DNA of 64,000 nt from an uncultured bacterium (GCA_903928345.1 CAIYQO010000229.1:1351-65350); one strand, 5' to 3'. Shown: positions 19,278-30,960, counted from the first letter of the stretch. The notes: a model not told the origin generated them from the sequence alone. Translations and numbers: made by a program.

Positions 19278-20066
19278 ATGAACCCGCTCACGATCTTTCG
19301 CGATTTTTATATCACGCTCGTCACTTTCGTCTCGGATATCGGGGCGGGGGTGATGATGCTATGGGACGCGATTCTGGGCATCTGGACGAAGAACCCGCGT
19401 GCCTTCAAACGCATCACGGCGCAGATGGCGCTGGTGGGGTTGGAATCGCTGCCCATCGTGCTCATCACGCTGCTCTTCGGCGGCATGGTCATGGGGCTGC
19501 ACACCGCCAACCAGGCGGTGCGCTACGGCGCTTCACAGTTCATCGGCGGCGCGGTGGCGGTGTCGGTCGCGCGCGAAGTGGCGCCCACCCTCACCGGCAT
19601 CGTGGTGGCGGCGCGCATCGGTTCGGCCTTCGCCGCCGAGTTGGGGTCGATGAAGATCACCAACCAGATCGATGCCCTGCGCGCCATGGCTACCAACCCG
19701 GTGCGCTACCTGGTCACCCCGCGCCTCATCGCCGCCTTCATCATGCTGCCCGTCCTCACGCTCTATGCCAACGTGATGGGGCTGCTCGGTGGCGGCCTGG
19801 TGTCCATCAGCGCCGGGGTGGCGTACCAGACGTTCATCAACTCCGCCTCCACCTACCTGCACTTCAGCGACATCAGCGGCGGGCTGCTGAAAACGGCGGT
19901 CTTCGGCATCATCATCGCCGTCACGTCCTGCTACGTGGGGCTGAACACGGAAAACGGCGCCACCGGCGTGGGCCGCTCCACCACCTCCGCCGTGGTGTGG
20001 AGCATCGTCCTCCTCTATGCCGCCAACTTCGTGCTCTCCTGGATGCTGTGGTCGTCGAACGGGTAA
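19278..20066 (+). CDS. MlaE-family ABC transporter permease.
   Basis: 262-aa polytopic membrane protein with the MlaE/YrbE-like conserved region (...RAMATNPVRYLVTPRLIA...). Confidence 0.75.
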   Translation: MNPLTIFRDFYITLVTFVSDIGAGVMMLWDAILGIWTKNPRAFKRITAQMALVGLESLPIVLITLLFGGMVMGLHTANQAVRYGASQFIGGAVAVSVAREVAPTLTGIVVAARIGSAFAAELGSMKITNQIDALRAMATNPVRYLVTPRLIAAFIMLPVLTLYANVMGLLGGGLVSISAGVAYQTFINSASTYLHFSDISGGLLKTAVFGIIIAVTSCYVGLNTENGATGVGRSTTSAVVWSIVLLYAANFVLSWMLWSSNG

Positions 20067-20071
20067 CCTAA

Positions 20072-20263
20072 CCTCTTTGCTTCGGCCCCGGAGGGGCCGC
20101 CCAGGGTGCAAACCCTGGGTGGTGTAATCATCGAATCTTCCGCGCCGAGGCGGGGCGCCGCAAGGCTTCGCGCCGCCCCTCCAGGGCGAATTGGCATTGC
20201 AACAACCCGTATCCCAGGGCTTGCGCCCTGGGCTAAAATACGTTGCCCCTCCGGGGCAAAGGG
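20072..20263. repeat. Nested-palindrome intergenic element (REP/BIME-like) between the mlaE-like gene and murA.
   Basis: Outer IR ctttgcttcggccccggagggg / cccctccggggcaaaggg. Inner hairpins cccagggtgcaaaccctggg and cccagggcttgcgccctggg. Confidence 0.65.
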
Positions 20264-20272
20264 AAACAGCGC

Positions 20273-21559
20273 ATGAGTGATCGCTTGCATATCCGCGGCG
20301 GACGGCCGCTGACCGGGGAAGTGGTGTTGAACGGCAGCAAGAACGGGGCGCTGCCGATTCTCGCCGCGGCGTTGCTGGTGGAAGAGCCGGTGCAGTTGCA
20401 CAACGTACCGCAGATCAGCGACATCGAGAAGATGTGCGAGCTGTTGCGCGGGCAGGGGGCGGTGGTGACGCGCGACGGCGACACGCTGCGCCTCGATGCC
20501 GCCGCGCTCTCCGGCGCCGCCATCGACCGCGATCTCGCCGCCGCCATGCGCGGCTCCTTCTACCTGCTCGGGCCGTTGCTGGCACGCCGCCGCCGGGCGG
20601 AAATCCCCCTGCCGGGCGGGTGCGCCATCGGCAGCCGCCCCGTGGACTACGTCATCCGCGCGCTGGAAGGCCTCGGCGTGGTCACCGAGGAGCGCACCGA
20701 CGTGGTGGTGTGCACCGCCCCCGACGGCCTGCACGGCGCCACGATCACCCTCGACCCCGTCTACCGCAGCCCGGGCGCCACCTTCAACGTAGCGATGGCT
20801 GCCGCGCTGGCCGAGGGGCGCACAGTGATCGAAAACGCCTCCTCCGACCCCGAGGTGGAGAACTTTTGCCGCTTCCTGCAGGCGGCGGGAGTGGGCATCG
20901 AAGGCGAAGGCACCACGCGGCTGGTGATCGAGGGGCAGAAGCGCCTGCATCGCTGCGCGCACACCATCCTCAGCGACCGCATCGAGGCGGGCACCTTCCT
21001 CATCGCCGCCGCCGCCACGCGCGGCGAAGTGCGCGTGCATCCGCTGCGCCCGGCGTACCTGGACAGCCTGCTCGACAAGCTGGAGGAGATGGGCGTCACG
21101 GTCCTGCGTGAGCGCGACGCCATCACCGTGCGCGGCGACGCCCGCCCCACCGGCGCCACCGTCTACACCATGCCGTATCCCGGCTTCCCCACCGACCTGC
21201 AGCCGCCGATGGTGGTGCTCATGTGCCTGGCGGAGGGGCGCAGCGAGATGCGCGAGACGATCTACGACGGTCGCCTCTCCTTCGTGCACGAACTGCGCCG
21301 CATGGGCGCCCAGGTGAAGCTCGCCAGCGGCCAGCACGCGATGATCGAGGGTGTGGACGCGCTGCGCGGGCGCAGCATGGAGGGCAAGGACATGCGCGCC
21401 GGCGCCGCCCTGGTGGTCGCCGCCCTCGCCGCCGAAGGCGACAGCTACATTGCCGGCCGCCACTACATCGTGCGCGGCTACGAACGCCTGGAAGAGAAAC
21501 TCCGCTCCCTCGGGGCGCAGGTGCTGGACGACGAGGACGAGGGCGGGGACGAACAATAA
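20273..21559 (+). CDS. murA: UDP-N-acetylglucosamine 1-carboxyvinyltransferase.
   Basis: MSDRLHIRGGRPLTGEVVLNGSKNGALPILAAALL is the canonical MurA N-terminus. EPSP synthase-like fold, about 428 aa. Confidence 0.9.
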   Translation: MSDRLHIRGGRPLTGEVVLNGSKNGALPILAAALLVEEPVQLHNVPQISDIEKMCELLRGQGAVVTRDGDTLRLDAAALSGAAIDRDLAAAMRGSFYLLGPLLARRRRAEIPLPGGCAIGSRPVDYVIRALEGLGVVTEERTDVVVCTAPDGLHGATITLDPVYRSPGATFNVAMAAALAEGRTVIENASSDPEVENFCRFLQAAGVGIEGEGTTRLVIEGQKRLHRCAHTILSDRIEAGTFLIAAAATRGEVRVHPLRPAYLDSLLDKLEEMGVTVLRERDAITVRGDARPTGATVYTMPYPGFPTDLQPPMVVLMCLAEGRSEMRETIYDGRLSFVHELRRMGAQVKLASGQHAMIEGVDALRGRSMEGKDMRAGAALVVAALAAEGDSYIAGRHYIVRGYERLEEKLRSLGAQVLDDEDEGGDEQ

Positions 21560-21577
21560 CCCGCTGGAGGTATCCCG

Positions 21578-22225
21578 ATGAAGGTGATCGCATTTAACGG
21601 CGGCCCGCGGAAGACGTGGAATACCGCGACGTTGTTGGAGCACGCGCTGCAAGGCGCGGCGGCGCAGGGGGCGGAGACGGAGCTGGTGCATCTGTATGAC
21701 CTGGCGTATACCGGGTGCAAAAGTTGCTTCGCTTGCAAGCGCAAAGGGGCACGCCTCGCGAGTTGCGCGGTGCGCGACGACCTGGCGCCGGTACTGGCGC
21801 GGGCGGCGGAGGCGGATGCGCTGGTGATCGGGTCGCCCATCTACATCGGCGCGACGACGGGGATGCTGCAATCGTTCCTCGAACGCCTGGTCTTCCCGTA
21901 CATCGCCTACGACGCCGCGCACACCACGCTCTTCCCGCGGCCCATCCGCACCGCGGGCATCTATACCTTCGGCGCCGACGAAGCGCGCGTCAAGCAGATG
22001 GGCTTCGACGCGCCGATCAACGTGCACGGGCGCGTGCTGGCCCGCGTCTTCGGCGCCTTCGAAAGCCTGCTGGTGACGGACACCTACCAGTTCGACGACT
22101 ACACGAAGTACGAAGCCTCCGGCCACGATGTCATGCACAAAGCACAGCGCCGGCAGGAAGTCTTCCCACAGGACTGCCAGGCCGCGTACGCTATCGGCGC
22201 GCGGCTGTGCGATCCGGTGGTGTAA
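21578..22225 (+). CDS. Flavodoxin-like fold NAD(P)H-dependent FMN reductase / iron-sulfur flavoprotein (Isf)-like protein.
   Basis: MKVIAFNGGPRKTWNTATLLEHAL flavodoxin-like N-terminus. Cys cluster CKSCFACKRKGARLASC (C-x2-C-x2-C-x9-C) resembles the Isf compact Fe-S motif. Confidence 0.7.
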   Translation: MKVIAFNGGPRKTWNTATLLEHALQGAAAQGAETELVHLYDLAYTGCKSCFACKRKGARLASCAVRDDLAPVLARAAEADALVIGSPIYIGATTGMLQSFLERLVFPYIAYDAAHTTLFPRPIRTAGIYTFGADEARVKQMGFDAPINVHGRVLARVFGAFESLLVTDTYQFDDYTKYEASGHDVMHKAQRRQEVFPQDCQAAYAIGARLCDPVV

Positions 22226-22328
22226 CGGCGGATGAAAGGCGAACGGGGGACACAAGGGCGGTTCTCGCCCTCCTATGCCGGATTTCGCCCGTCTCTCCCG
22301 CTGGAGCAGCGCGCAAAGGCCGACGCAA

Positions 22329-22490
22329 TTTTGGGGAGGGCGAGCGTCCCTGCGAGCCGCGCGCGAGGCAACCGTAGTTGACAAAAAGACGGTCTGGACG
22401 TGAAATCCATGCACACGCCCAGACCGTCTTCTGCTATCGATTCCAGTTCATTCACATGCGGCTCGCGGGGACGCTCGCCCTCCCAAGGTT
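22329..22490. repeat. Palindromic element with GGCTCGCGGGGACGCTCGCCCTCCCAA terminal inverted repeats (family R1).
   Basis: ttggggagggcgagcgtccctgcgagccgc at about 22329 and gcggctcgcggggacgctcgccctcccaa at about 22460 form inverted copies. The same termini occur at 58997-59205 and 63359-63388. Confidence 0.75.
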
Positions 22491-22668
22491 GCCGCATCGT
22501 TTCTCTGTTGGCTCCAGCGGGTCGCCATGTCCTTTAGGGCATGGACGAAGCACAGAGCAGGCTATACGAGGTCACACAATCCGTGTAAGGTTCTCGCCCT
22601 TCACGCCGGCCCTCCCCCGTTCCCCCACTCGCTCGTTCCTGCTGCCATCACAACGGCAACCTGTCGGG

Positions 22669-23805
22669 TTACGCCCCCGCCGTGACTTCCTCGAACGCGG
22701 CGCGGCATTCCTTGAGCTGTGCGCGGATGGCGATGTGTTGCGGGCAGTGCTCTTCGCAGGCGCCGCATTCCGTGCAGGCGTCGGCCTTCTTGCCCTTCAC
22801 CCACGGGTTGGTGCCGATGGCGTGGTACTGGCCGCGCGCGAAGGCCTTCAGCCCGTAGATGCGGTCGTTGTTCATGGCGCCGAAGATGGCGGGGATGTTG
22901 ATCTCCTGCGGGCAGTGCGGGGTGCAGTAGTTGCAGCCGGTGCAGTAGAGTTCGGCCAGCCGCTTGTTCTCCGTCATGGCGGCGTTGATGCCCTCTACTT
23001 CCGCAGCGCTCAGCGGGTCGGCGTTGGAGGCCACGGCGGCGTTCTCCTCCACCTGCGCCGGCGCGTTCATGCCGGACAGCGCGCAGTCCACGTTGGGGTT
23101 CGCCAACACGAAGCGGAGGGCCAACTCGGCGCTGCTGCGCACCGGGATGCCCAGCTCAGCGGCGATCTCCGGCGCCAGCCCGGCCACGCGGCCCCCGCCC
23201 ACCGGCCCCATCACCACCGTGCCCAGGCCATGCGCCTTGGCATACGCGAGCCCCGCCTCGTTGCCCCGGTCCAGCAGGTTGTACTGGCAGAGCACCGAGG
23301 TGAAGAGGCCCAGGTCGACGAGTTGCGGCAGCGCCTCGGGCTTGTCGTGGAAGGAGAAGGAGATGTGGCGGATGAGCCCTTCCTCCTTCGCCTGCAGCGC
23401 CTCGCGGATGAACTCCTCGCGCCGTTCGTGGGTGAGGAACCACGCGCCGATGCCGTGGAAGTGATAGAAGTCGATGTAGTCGGTGTCCAGCTTGCCCAGT
23501 TGCACTTCCAGCAGCTCGCGATACCCCTTGTCGTTGCCGATGGGGTACTTCGTGGAGAGATACACCCGGTCGCGCCAGCCTTTCAGCGCCTTGCCCACGG
23601 TATATTCGCTCAAGTGGTCGCAGTAGAACCACGCGGAATCGATGTAATTGACGCCCAGCGCGAAGGCGCGCTGGATCATCGGAATGGCCTGCTCTTCGTC
23701 GACCACCTGCTTGCCGGCGACCTCGATCATCGGCAGGCGCATGGAGCCGAAGCCCAGCCGCGAGATCTCGACCCCGGATTTCGTCCCGAATGGCGTATAA
23801 CGCAC
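22669..23805 (-). CDS. Aldo/keto reductase fused to a C-terminal 4Fe-4S dicluster (ferredoxin-like) domain.
   Basis: N-terminal AKR barrel (GFGSMRL, DTDYIDFYHFHG). C-terminus has two CxxCxxCxxxCP motifs (CTGCNYCTPHCP and CTECGACEEHCP). Confidence 0.8.
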   Translation of the reverse strand: MRYTPFGTKSGVEISRLGFGSMRLPMIEVAGKQVVDEEQAIPMIQRAFALGVNYIDSAWFYCDHLSEYTVGKALKGWRDRVYLSTKYPIGNDKGYRELLEVQLGKLDTDYIDFYHFHGIGAWFLTHERREEFIREALQAKEEGLIRHISFSFHDKPEALPQLVDLGLFTSVLCQYNLLDRGNEAGLAYAKAHGLGTVVMGPVGGGRVAGLAPEIAAELGIPVRSSAELALRFVLANPNVDCALSGMNAPAQVEENAAVASNADPLSAAEVEGINAAMTENKRLAELYCTGCNYCTPHCPQEINIPAIFGAMNNDRIYGLKAFARGQYHAIGTNPWVKGKKADACTECGACEEHCPQHIAIRAQLKECRAAFEEVTAGA

Positions 23806-24046
23806 GTATTGTCCCCTTCTGTCAGCGCATGACCGCGAGAAGCGCGGCGGCGATAATCATTATAACAGGATGGGATGGGCGAGGGGAAGTGATGGGCGAG
23901 GGGCGGCAACGAGAGCGCGCAATGCAGAATATCCCGCAACCACTACGCAAGCTTCACAGAGCCGATATATTTGCGTGATCTTCGTTATGTACAATTAAAA
24001 CAGACATATGGACGCCGGGCGAGCGGCGCCGTGCAGGTGACTGCCG

Positions 24047-24775
24047 ATGGGTGAGTTGTACGCTGACGATCCGGGGCGCGCGGCTGAGGCCGTGGCCGCG
24101 CGGGCGCACCTGCTGCTGGCGATGAGCGGGGCGGCCGGGACGCCGTTGTGCGAGACGCTGGAAAATGAAGGCTTTGTCGTGGGCTGCGTGGAGCAGCCCG
24201 CGCAGATTGTGGCGCGCGTGCAGGCCGAGGCACCGGATCTGCTGGTGCTGGACGCCCGCACGCATCGCTACAACTATCTGGCGGTCTGCGACGACGTGCG
24301 CGGCTTGCTCGGTGACCTGCCCATTCTCGTGCTGCTGCCCACCCGCGATCCGGTGCAACTGCAACGCGCCCTCGATCATAAGGTGGACGACTGCCTGGTG
24401 ACCCCCTTCGGCCGCAACGAGGTGTGCGTGCGCGTGCGCGTCCTCCTCAGTCGGCGCCGCCACCAGGAGGTATGCACGCTCCCCAACCTGACGATTCATC
24501 CCGCCGAACGCCAGGTGACGGTCAACGGCACCCGGCAGCACCTGACGCGCATCGAGGTGGCGCTGATCTCCGCGTTGGCCCGCCACGTTGGCCGCGTGCT
24601 CAGCCGCGAGCGCCTGGCCTTCCTGGTGTGGGGCGACGAAGGGGTGGGCGACCTCCGCGTGGTCGACGCGCATATCAGCCGCCTGCGCCGCAAATTGCTG
24701 CGTTGCGGTCTGGCGGCGGCGTGCCTGCAGAATGTCCGCGGCGTCGGCTACCTCTTCCGACCCGACGGCGCGTGA
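24047..24775 (+). CDS. OmpR/PhoB-family winged-helix regulator with an atypical (probably non-phosphorylatable) receiver domain.
   Basis: C-terminal trans_reg_C domain (LTRIEVALISALARHVGRVLSRERL...VDAHISRLRRKL...GVGYLF). In the receiver, beta1 reads LLLAMSG (no DD pair), the acceptor-position Asp is present (LLVLDART), and the conserved Lys before PF is Thr (DDCLVTPF). Confidence 0.7.
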   Translation: MGELYADDPGRAAEAVAARAHLLLAMSGAAGTPLCETLENEGFVVGCVEQPAQIVARVQAEAPDLLVLDARTHRYNYLAVCDDVRGLLGDLPILVLLPTRDPVQLQRALDHKVDDCLVTPFGRNEVCVRVRVLLSRRRHQEVCTLPNLTIHPAERQVTVNGTRQHLTRIEVALISALARHVGRVLSRERLAFLVWGDEGVGDLRVVDAHISRLRRKLLRCGLAAACLQNVRGVGYLFRPDGA

Positions 24776-24885
24776 AAATCACACACAAACGGCACACTTC
24801 CCGCTGCAGTATGTAGACCCACCCGTCCGATAGTGATATTGGTGCGTGCTCGCACGCAATTTTACGAATTCACTGGAGGGGCATC

Positions 24886-25407
24886 ATGGAAATCAGTTCG
24901 GTAAGCGGCCAGTCATCGGCTGTGCAACAGACTACGGGGACGCGGGCCAATATGCGGCAGGCCTTCAAAGACCTGGACAGTGCGTTGCAGTCCGGTGATC
25001 TGGACGCGGCGAAAAAGGCGTTTGCGCAGATTCAGCAAAATGCGCCGAAGAACGCGAGTGGAAAGTCCAACCCCATGCAGGCGAAGATGGATGCCCTGGG
25101 CAAGGCGTTGGACGCGGGGGACCTGCAGGCCGCCCGCACCGCCTACGCCGACGTGAAGACGGCCATGGCCCAGCGCCCCGCCGGCGGGCACGGCGGTCAC
25201 GGCGGGCATCCGGCGGGCGGAGGCAGCGCGGCGAGTTCGAGCAGCAGCACGAGCAGCAGCAGCAGCGTAACTTACGACCCGCGGGACACGAACAAGGACG
25301 GCAAGGTGTCCGCCGAAGAGGCGCTGGTATATAGCATCGCGCACCCCTCGACGACCGAAGGCGACACCACGGCGACCACGCAGAGCGGCCTCGACGCCCT
25401 GGCGTAA
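24886..25407 (+). CDS. Small hypothetical protein with internal repeats, a Gly/His-rich tract and a C-terminal EF-hand-like Ca-binding loop.
   Basis: Two repeats (SGDLDAAKKAFAQIQQ / AGDLQAARTAYADVKT), GGHGGHGGHPAGGG, a Ser-rich linker, and DTNKDGKVSAEE matching the 12-residue EF-hand loop (D1,N3,D5,G6,V8,E12). RBS GGAGGGG. Confidence 0.5.
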   Translation: MEISSVSGQSSAVQQTTGTRANMRQAFKDLDSALQSGDLDAAKKAFAQIQQNAPKNASGKSNPMQAKMDALGKALDAGDLQAARTAYADVKTAMAQRPAGGHGGHGGHPAGGGSAASSSSSTSSSSSVTYDPRDTNKDGKVSAEEALVYSIAHPSTTEGDTTATTQSGLDALA

Positions 25408-25415
25408 CGAGGTTC

Positions 25416-25540
25416 GGGAGAATGGGGGAGGTGGGGAATGGGAGACCGCCGGGCTCCCGCCCTGTTCCAAACGGTGACTAAGAACACACCTGATCTGTGG
25501 CCGCTCCGCAAAGGAGGCCCTCCCCCACTCCCCCATTCTC
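25416..25540. repeat. MITE-like element, family gagaatgggggaggtggggaatggg, copy A (3' flank of the ADH gene, plus-strand coordinates).
   Basis: gggagaatgggggaggtggggaatggg...ccgggctcccgccctgttccaaacggtgactaagaacacacctgatc...ccctcccccactcccccattctc. Termini are mutually inverted. Confidence 0.8.
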
Positions 25541-25542
25541 AG

Positions 25543-26583
25543 TTACGGTGTCATCACGATCTTGATATGCGTGCGGCCCGTCATCGACATCTGCAGGGCG
25601 TCGGCCCAGCGCTCCAGGGGGAAGGTGTGGGTGACCATCTCCTGCACCTGCACCAGGTGCGCGTTGACCATGCGGGCGGCGCGTTCGAAGGTGCGCGCCT
25701 GGGCGAAGGAACCGAGGACGGTCAGCTCCCGGCGGAAGATATCGTACGGGTTCATCCGGATCGTCGCCGCTTCCGGCGCCACGCCGTAGATGACGACCTT
25801 GCCGCCGTATTTGGCGAATTGCGGCATCGCCTCGATGATCTCCGGCACGCCGGTGGCGTCGATCACGATGTCGAACCCGTGTGGATATTGCGCCTTGATC
25901 GCCGCGATGTGGGCCTGCGGATCGGCGGGATCGGGCTGGATGCCCTCGGCCTGCAGTAAGCGCGCCGCCAGATCGAGCTTGGCCTTATTGCGGTTCACGG
26001 CGACGAGTTTCGTCACGCCGGCCTGGCGCAGCAGTTGCGCGAGGAGCAAGCCGGTGGGGCCGAGGCCGAAGATCAGCGCCTCGTCGCCCAGCCGCGGGCG
26101 GATAACGTCCAGGCCGTGCACCGCGCAGGCGGTAGGCTCCACCAACGCCCCTTCCAGGTAGCTGATATCGTCCGCCAGCCCGTAGACCTGCTCCTCATCG
26201 ACCCGCACGTATTCCGCGAAACCGCCGGGCGCGTTGCCGCCCTGCGCGTAGAGCTGTTCGCACAGCAGCATTTCGCCGCGGCGGCAGAAGTAGCAGTTGC
26301 CGCAATGGCGCAGGTTGTCGGCCACCACCCGGTCGCCCACGCGGAAGCGCGTCACCGCGTCACCCACGGCGGCCACCTCGCCGGCGAATTCGTGGCCGGG
26401 GATAAGCGGGTAGTCGGAGAAGAATTCGCCGTGGTGAATGTGCACGTCCGTCTTACACAACCCGCAGGCATGCACGCGGATGAGCACGTCGCGTTCGCGC
26501 GGCTCCGGTACCGGCACTTCGGTGACGGAGAAGGTTTCCGGCGCCGTATAGACCAGCGCTTTCATCAGACGACCTCGTTCCAT
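25543..26583 (-). CDS. Zinc-dependent alcohol dehydrogenase (MDR family).
   Basis: MKALVYTAPETF...GLCKTDVHIHHGEF...GHEFAGEV (GHE catalytic Zn motif), structural Zn Cys cluster CGNCYFCRRGEMLLC, NAD-binding GLGPTG. Start chosen at ATG 26583 (RBS AAGGAG). The longer ORF to 26820 reads through a repeat element. Confidence 0.8.
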   Translation of the reverse strand: MERGRLMKALVYTAPETFSVTEVPVPEPRERDVLIRVHACGLCKTDVHIHHGEFFSDYPLIPGHEFAGEVAAVGDAVTRFRVGDRVVADNLRHCGNCYFCRRGEMLLCEQLYAQGGNAPGGFAEYVRVDEEQVYGLADDISYLEGALVEPTACAVHGLDVIRPRLGDEALIFGLGPTGLLLAQLLRQAGVTKLVAVNRNKAKLDLAARLLQAEGIQPDPADPQAHIAAIKAQYPHGFDIVIDATGVPEIIEAMPQFAKYGGKVVIYGVAPEAATIRMNPYDIFRRELTVLGSFAQARTFERAARMVNAHLVQVQEMVTHTFPLERWADALQMSMTGRTHIKIVMTP

Positions 26584-26677
26584 TGGGATCTCCTTGTGGT
26601 ACAGTCCGCTCGACAGGTAAGCGTTTGTATATAGCAATAGCAGGCGGTTTGATAGTATTATACCAGGAAAAGCGGTA

Positions 26678-26836
26678 GGAGAATGGGGGAAGCGGGGAAT
26701 GGGGGTATGGGGAACGGCCGGGCTCCTGCCCTGTTCCAAACGGTGACTAAGATCACACCTGATCGGTCGTCGCCTATCCATGCCGGCCTTCCCCCACTTC
26801 CCCATTCTCCCATGCCCCATTCCCCACTTCCCCCCG
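26678..26836. repeat. MITE-like element, same family, copy B, in direct orientation relative to copy A; between the ADH start and hypF.
   Basis: ggagaatgggggaagcggggaatggg...ccgggctcctgccctgttccaaacggtgactaagatcacacctgatc...cccccacttccccattctcc. About 85% identity to copy A over the core. Confidence 0.8.
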
Positions 26837-26854
26837 GCGCGCTATAATGCCCGC

Positions 26855-29104
<2,250 letters not shown>

Positions 29105-29253
29105 ATGGTATCGCATATCCCGAATTTGTCGCATTTACCCACCCACTTTTCGCGCCCATTCGTGCTTGTTTCTTATATAGTTTGTAAGATTTATGGAACA
29201 AAAAAAGTTCGCAACTATTTTCCACACCAGCTTAACTATCAACCGTTTTCGTG

Positions 29254-29282
29254 TTGACACTTCCATACGCTTGTGATATTTA
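29254..29282 (+). promoter_or_regulatory. Sigma70-type promoter for the hdrCBA-mvhDGA-protease operon.
   Basis: TTGACA (29254-29259), 17-nt spacer, TATTTA (29277-29282), in an AT-rich 280-bp intergenic region, about 100 nt upstream of hdrC. Confidence 0.5.
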
Positions 29283-29381
29283 TAACTAGTGCCGGTTGTC
29301 ACGAACTCCGACCGCCTGCATCGTCGCACAACCCTATTCGCCCCGGACGAGGCACCCTCTCGCCGCAAAGGAGCGTACCGA

Positions 29382-29975
29382 ATGGACGAGATCACGCGCA
29401 CGGTCAAATACGAGGCCGACACCGACCCGCATTTTGCCGAGGAGATCGCCGGCATCGCGCGCGGGGAGACGCTGCGCGCCTGCATCCAGTGCGGCAACTG
29501 CAGCGGCGCCTGCCCGGTGAGCCCGTACATGGATTACACGCCGCGCCGCATCATCGCCATGACGCGCGCCGGCTTCAAGCGGGAAGCGCTCTCCTCCACC
29601 ACCATCTGGCTCTGCGCCTCCTGCTACAACTGCACGGTGGAGTGCCCCAAGCAGATCCGCATCACCGACGTGATGTACGCGCTGAAGCAGAAGGCCATCA
29701 AGGAGCGGCTCTACCCGAAACGCTTCCCCGTCGCCGTGCTTGCCCGCGAGTTCTCCGCTGCCGTGCGCCAGTTCGGGCGTAACAGCGAGCTGTGGCTCAT
29801 CATCTACCTCTACCTGAAGACTAACCCCTTCGCCATGCTCAAGCAATCGATCCTCGGCCTGCGCCTCTTCCTGCAGGGACGCATGGGCTTGAAGCGCGAG
29901 CGCATCCCCATGGGCACGGGCAAAAAGGGCGATCTGCAGACGATTTGGAACGCACTCGACCGCGCCGACCGGTAA
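29382..29975 (+). CDS. hdrC: Heterodisulfide reductase subunit C-like (4Fe-4S dicluster).
   Basis: Two ferredoxin-type motifs CIQCGNCSGACP and CASCYNCTVECP. Size and context (precedes hdrB/hdrA) fit HdrC. RBS AAGGAG. Sigma70-like promoter about 100 nt upstream. Confidence 0.8.
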   Translation: MDEITRTVKYEADTDPHFAEEIAGIARGETLRACIQCGNCSGACPVSPYMDYTPRRIIAMTRAGFKREALSSTTIWLCASCYNCTVECPKQIRITDVMYALKQKAIKERLYPKRFPVAVLAREFSAAVRQFGRNSELWLIIYLYLKTNPFAMLKQSILGLRLFLQGRMGLKRERIPMGTGKKGDLQTIWNALDRADR

Positions 29976-29988
29976 GGAAGGGACCGCC

Positions 29989-30873
29989 ATGAATCACCTG
30001 TACTACCCCGGTTGCTCGCTGAAAAGCACCGGACGCGCCTACGAGGAATCGCTGCTGGCGGTGTGCGCCACGCTGGGCGTGGGGCTCACCGAGCTGCAGG
30101 ACTGGAACTGCTGCGGCGCCACCAGCTACATGGCGATCGACGAGGTGAAGGCCTTCGCGCTGGCGGCGCGCAACCTGGCCCTTGCCGAGGAGCAGGGGAA
30201 GGTCGGTCCGGGCACCCCGACGGTGGACCTGGTGGCCCCCTGCGCCGCGTGCTACCTGGTGCTTGCCAAGGCGCAGCACTGCCTGGAGGAGAACAAGGAG
30301 GTCGGTGGGAAGATCACCGCCGCGCTGGCCGCCGCGCAACTGCAGTATACGGGCCGCGTGGTGATGCGCCACCCCCTCGATCTGTTCACCAACGCGCTGG
30401 GGCTGGACGCCATCAAGGCGCAGGTGACCAAACCGCTGACCGGCCTGAAGGTGGCCTGCTACTACGGCTGCCAGATCGTGCGCCCCTACGCCACCTTCGA
30501 CGACCAGTACCACCCGATGACGATGGATCACCTGGTGACCGCGCTGGGCGGCACCCCGGTGGACTGGCCGCTGAAGACGCGCTGCTGCGGCGGGTCGCTC
30601 ACCGGCACGGTACAGGAGGTCGGCCTGCGTATGAGCTACCACCTGCTCAAGGAAGCGCGCAAGCGCGGTGCCGACGTGCTGCTTACCGCCTGCCCGCTGT
30701 GCCAGTTCAACCTGGAATGCTACCAGGATCCGATGAAGGCGCTGTTCCCCGATCACGAGCCGCTGCCCGTGCTGTACTTCACCCAACTGATGGGCCTGGC
30801 ACTCGGCCTGGAGCGCGCGCGCCTGGGCCTGCAGCGCCTCTTCGTGCCCTTCCGCCAGCCGGTCGGCGTATAA
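29989..30873 (+). CDS. hdrB: Heterodisulfide reductase subunit B-like (two CCG domains).
   Basis: CCG-domain cysteine patterns (YYPGCSL...NCCGA... and YYGCQ...TRCCGG...CPLCQFN). Confidence 0.85.
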   Translation: MNHLYYPGCSLKSTGRAYEESLLAVCATLGVGLTELQDWNCCGATSYMAIDEVKAFALAARNLALAEEQGKVGPGTPTVDLVAPCAACYLVLAKAQHCLEENKEVGGKITAALAAAQLQYTGRVVMRHPLDLFTNALGLDAIKAQVTKPLTGLKVACYYGCQIVRPYATFDDQYHPMTMDHLVTALGGTPVDWPLKTRCCGGSLTGTVQEVGLRMSYHLLKEARKRGADVLLTACPLCQFNLECYQDPMKALFPDHEPLPVLYFTQLMGLALGLERARLGLQRLFVPFRQPVGV

Positions 30874-30960
30874 CCCGGATAGTTTACGATGTCACGGACT
30901 GCCGGGCTATCAGAGGCATTATTCGAAATGTTCTGAATAATGCGGGATAAAGGAGCCCCC

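Noticed and set aside
25543-26820. Annotated 425-aa ORF for the ADH extending 80 codons upstream of MKALVY.
   Set aside because: The extra N-terminus (MGHGRMGKWGKAGMDRRRPIRCDLSHRLEQGRSPAV...) is a translation of the MITE copy at 26678-26836. A near-identical peptide comes from the other MITE copy (ORF 24913-25536). A good RBS precedes the internal ATG.
26780-26854. Upstream extension of hypF (MPAFPHFPILPCPIPHFPP...).
   Set aside because: It lies in the same MITE. The Pro/His/Phe-rich peptide mirrors the repeat sequence, and the HypF acylphosphatase domain begins right after the GTG at 26855.
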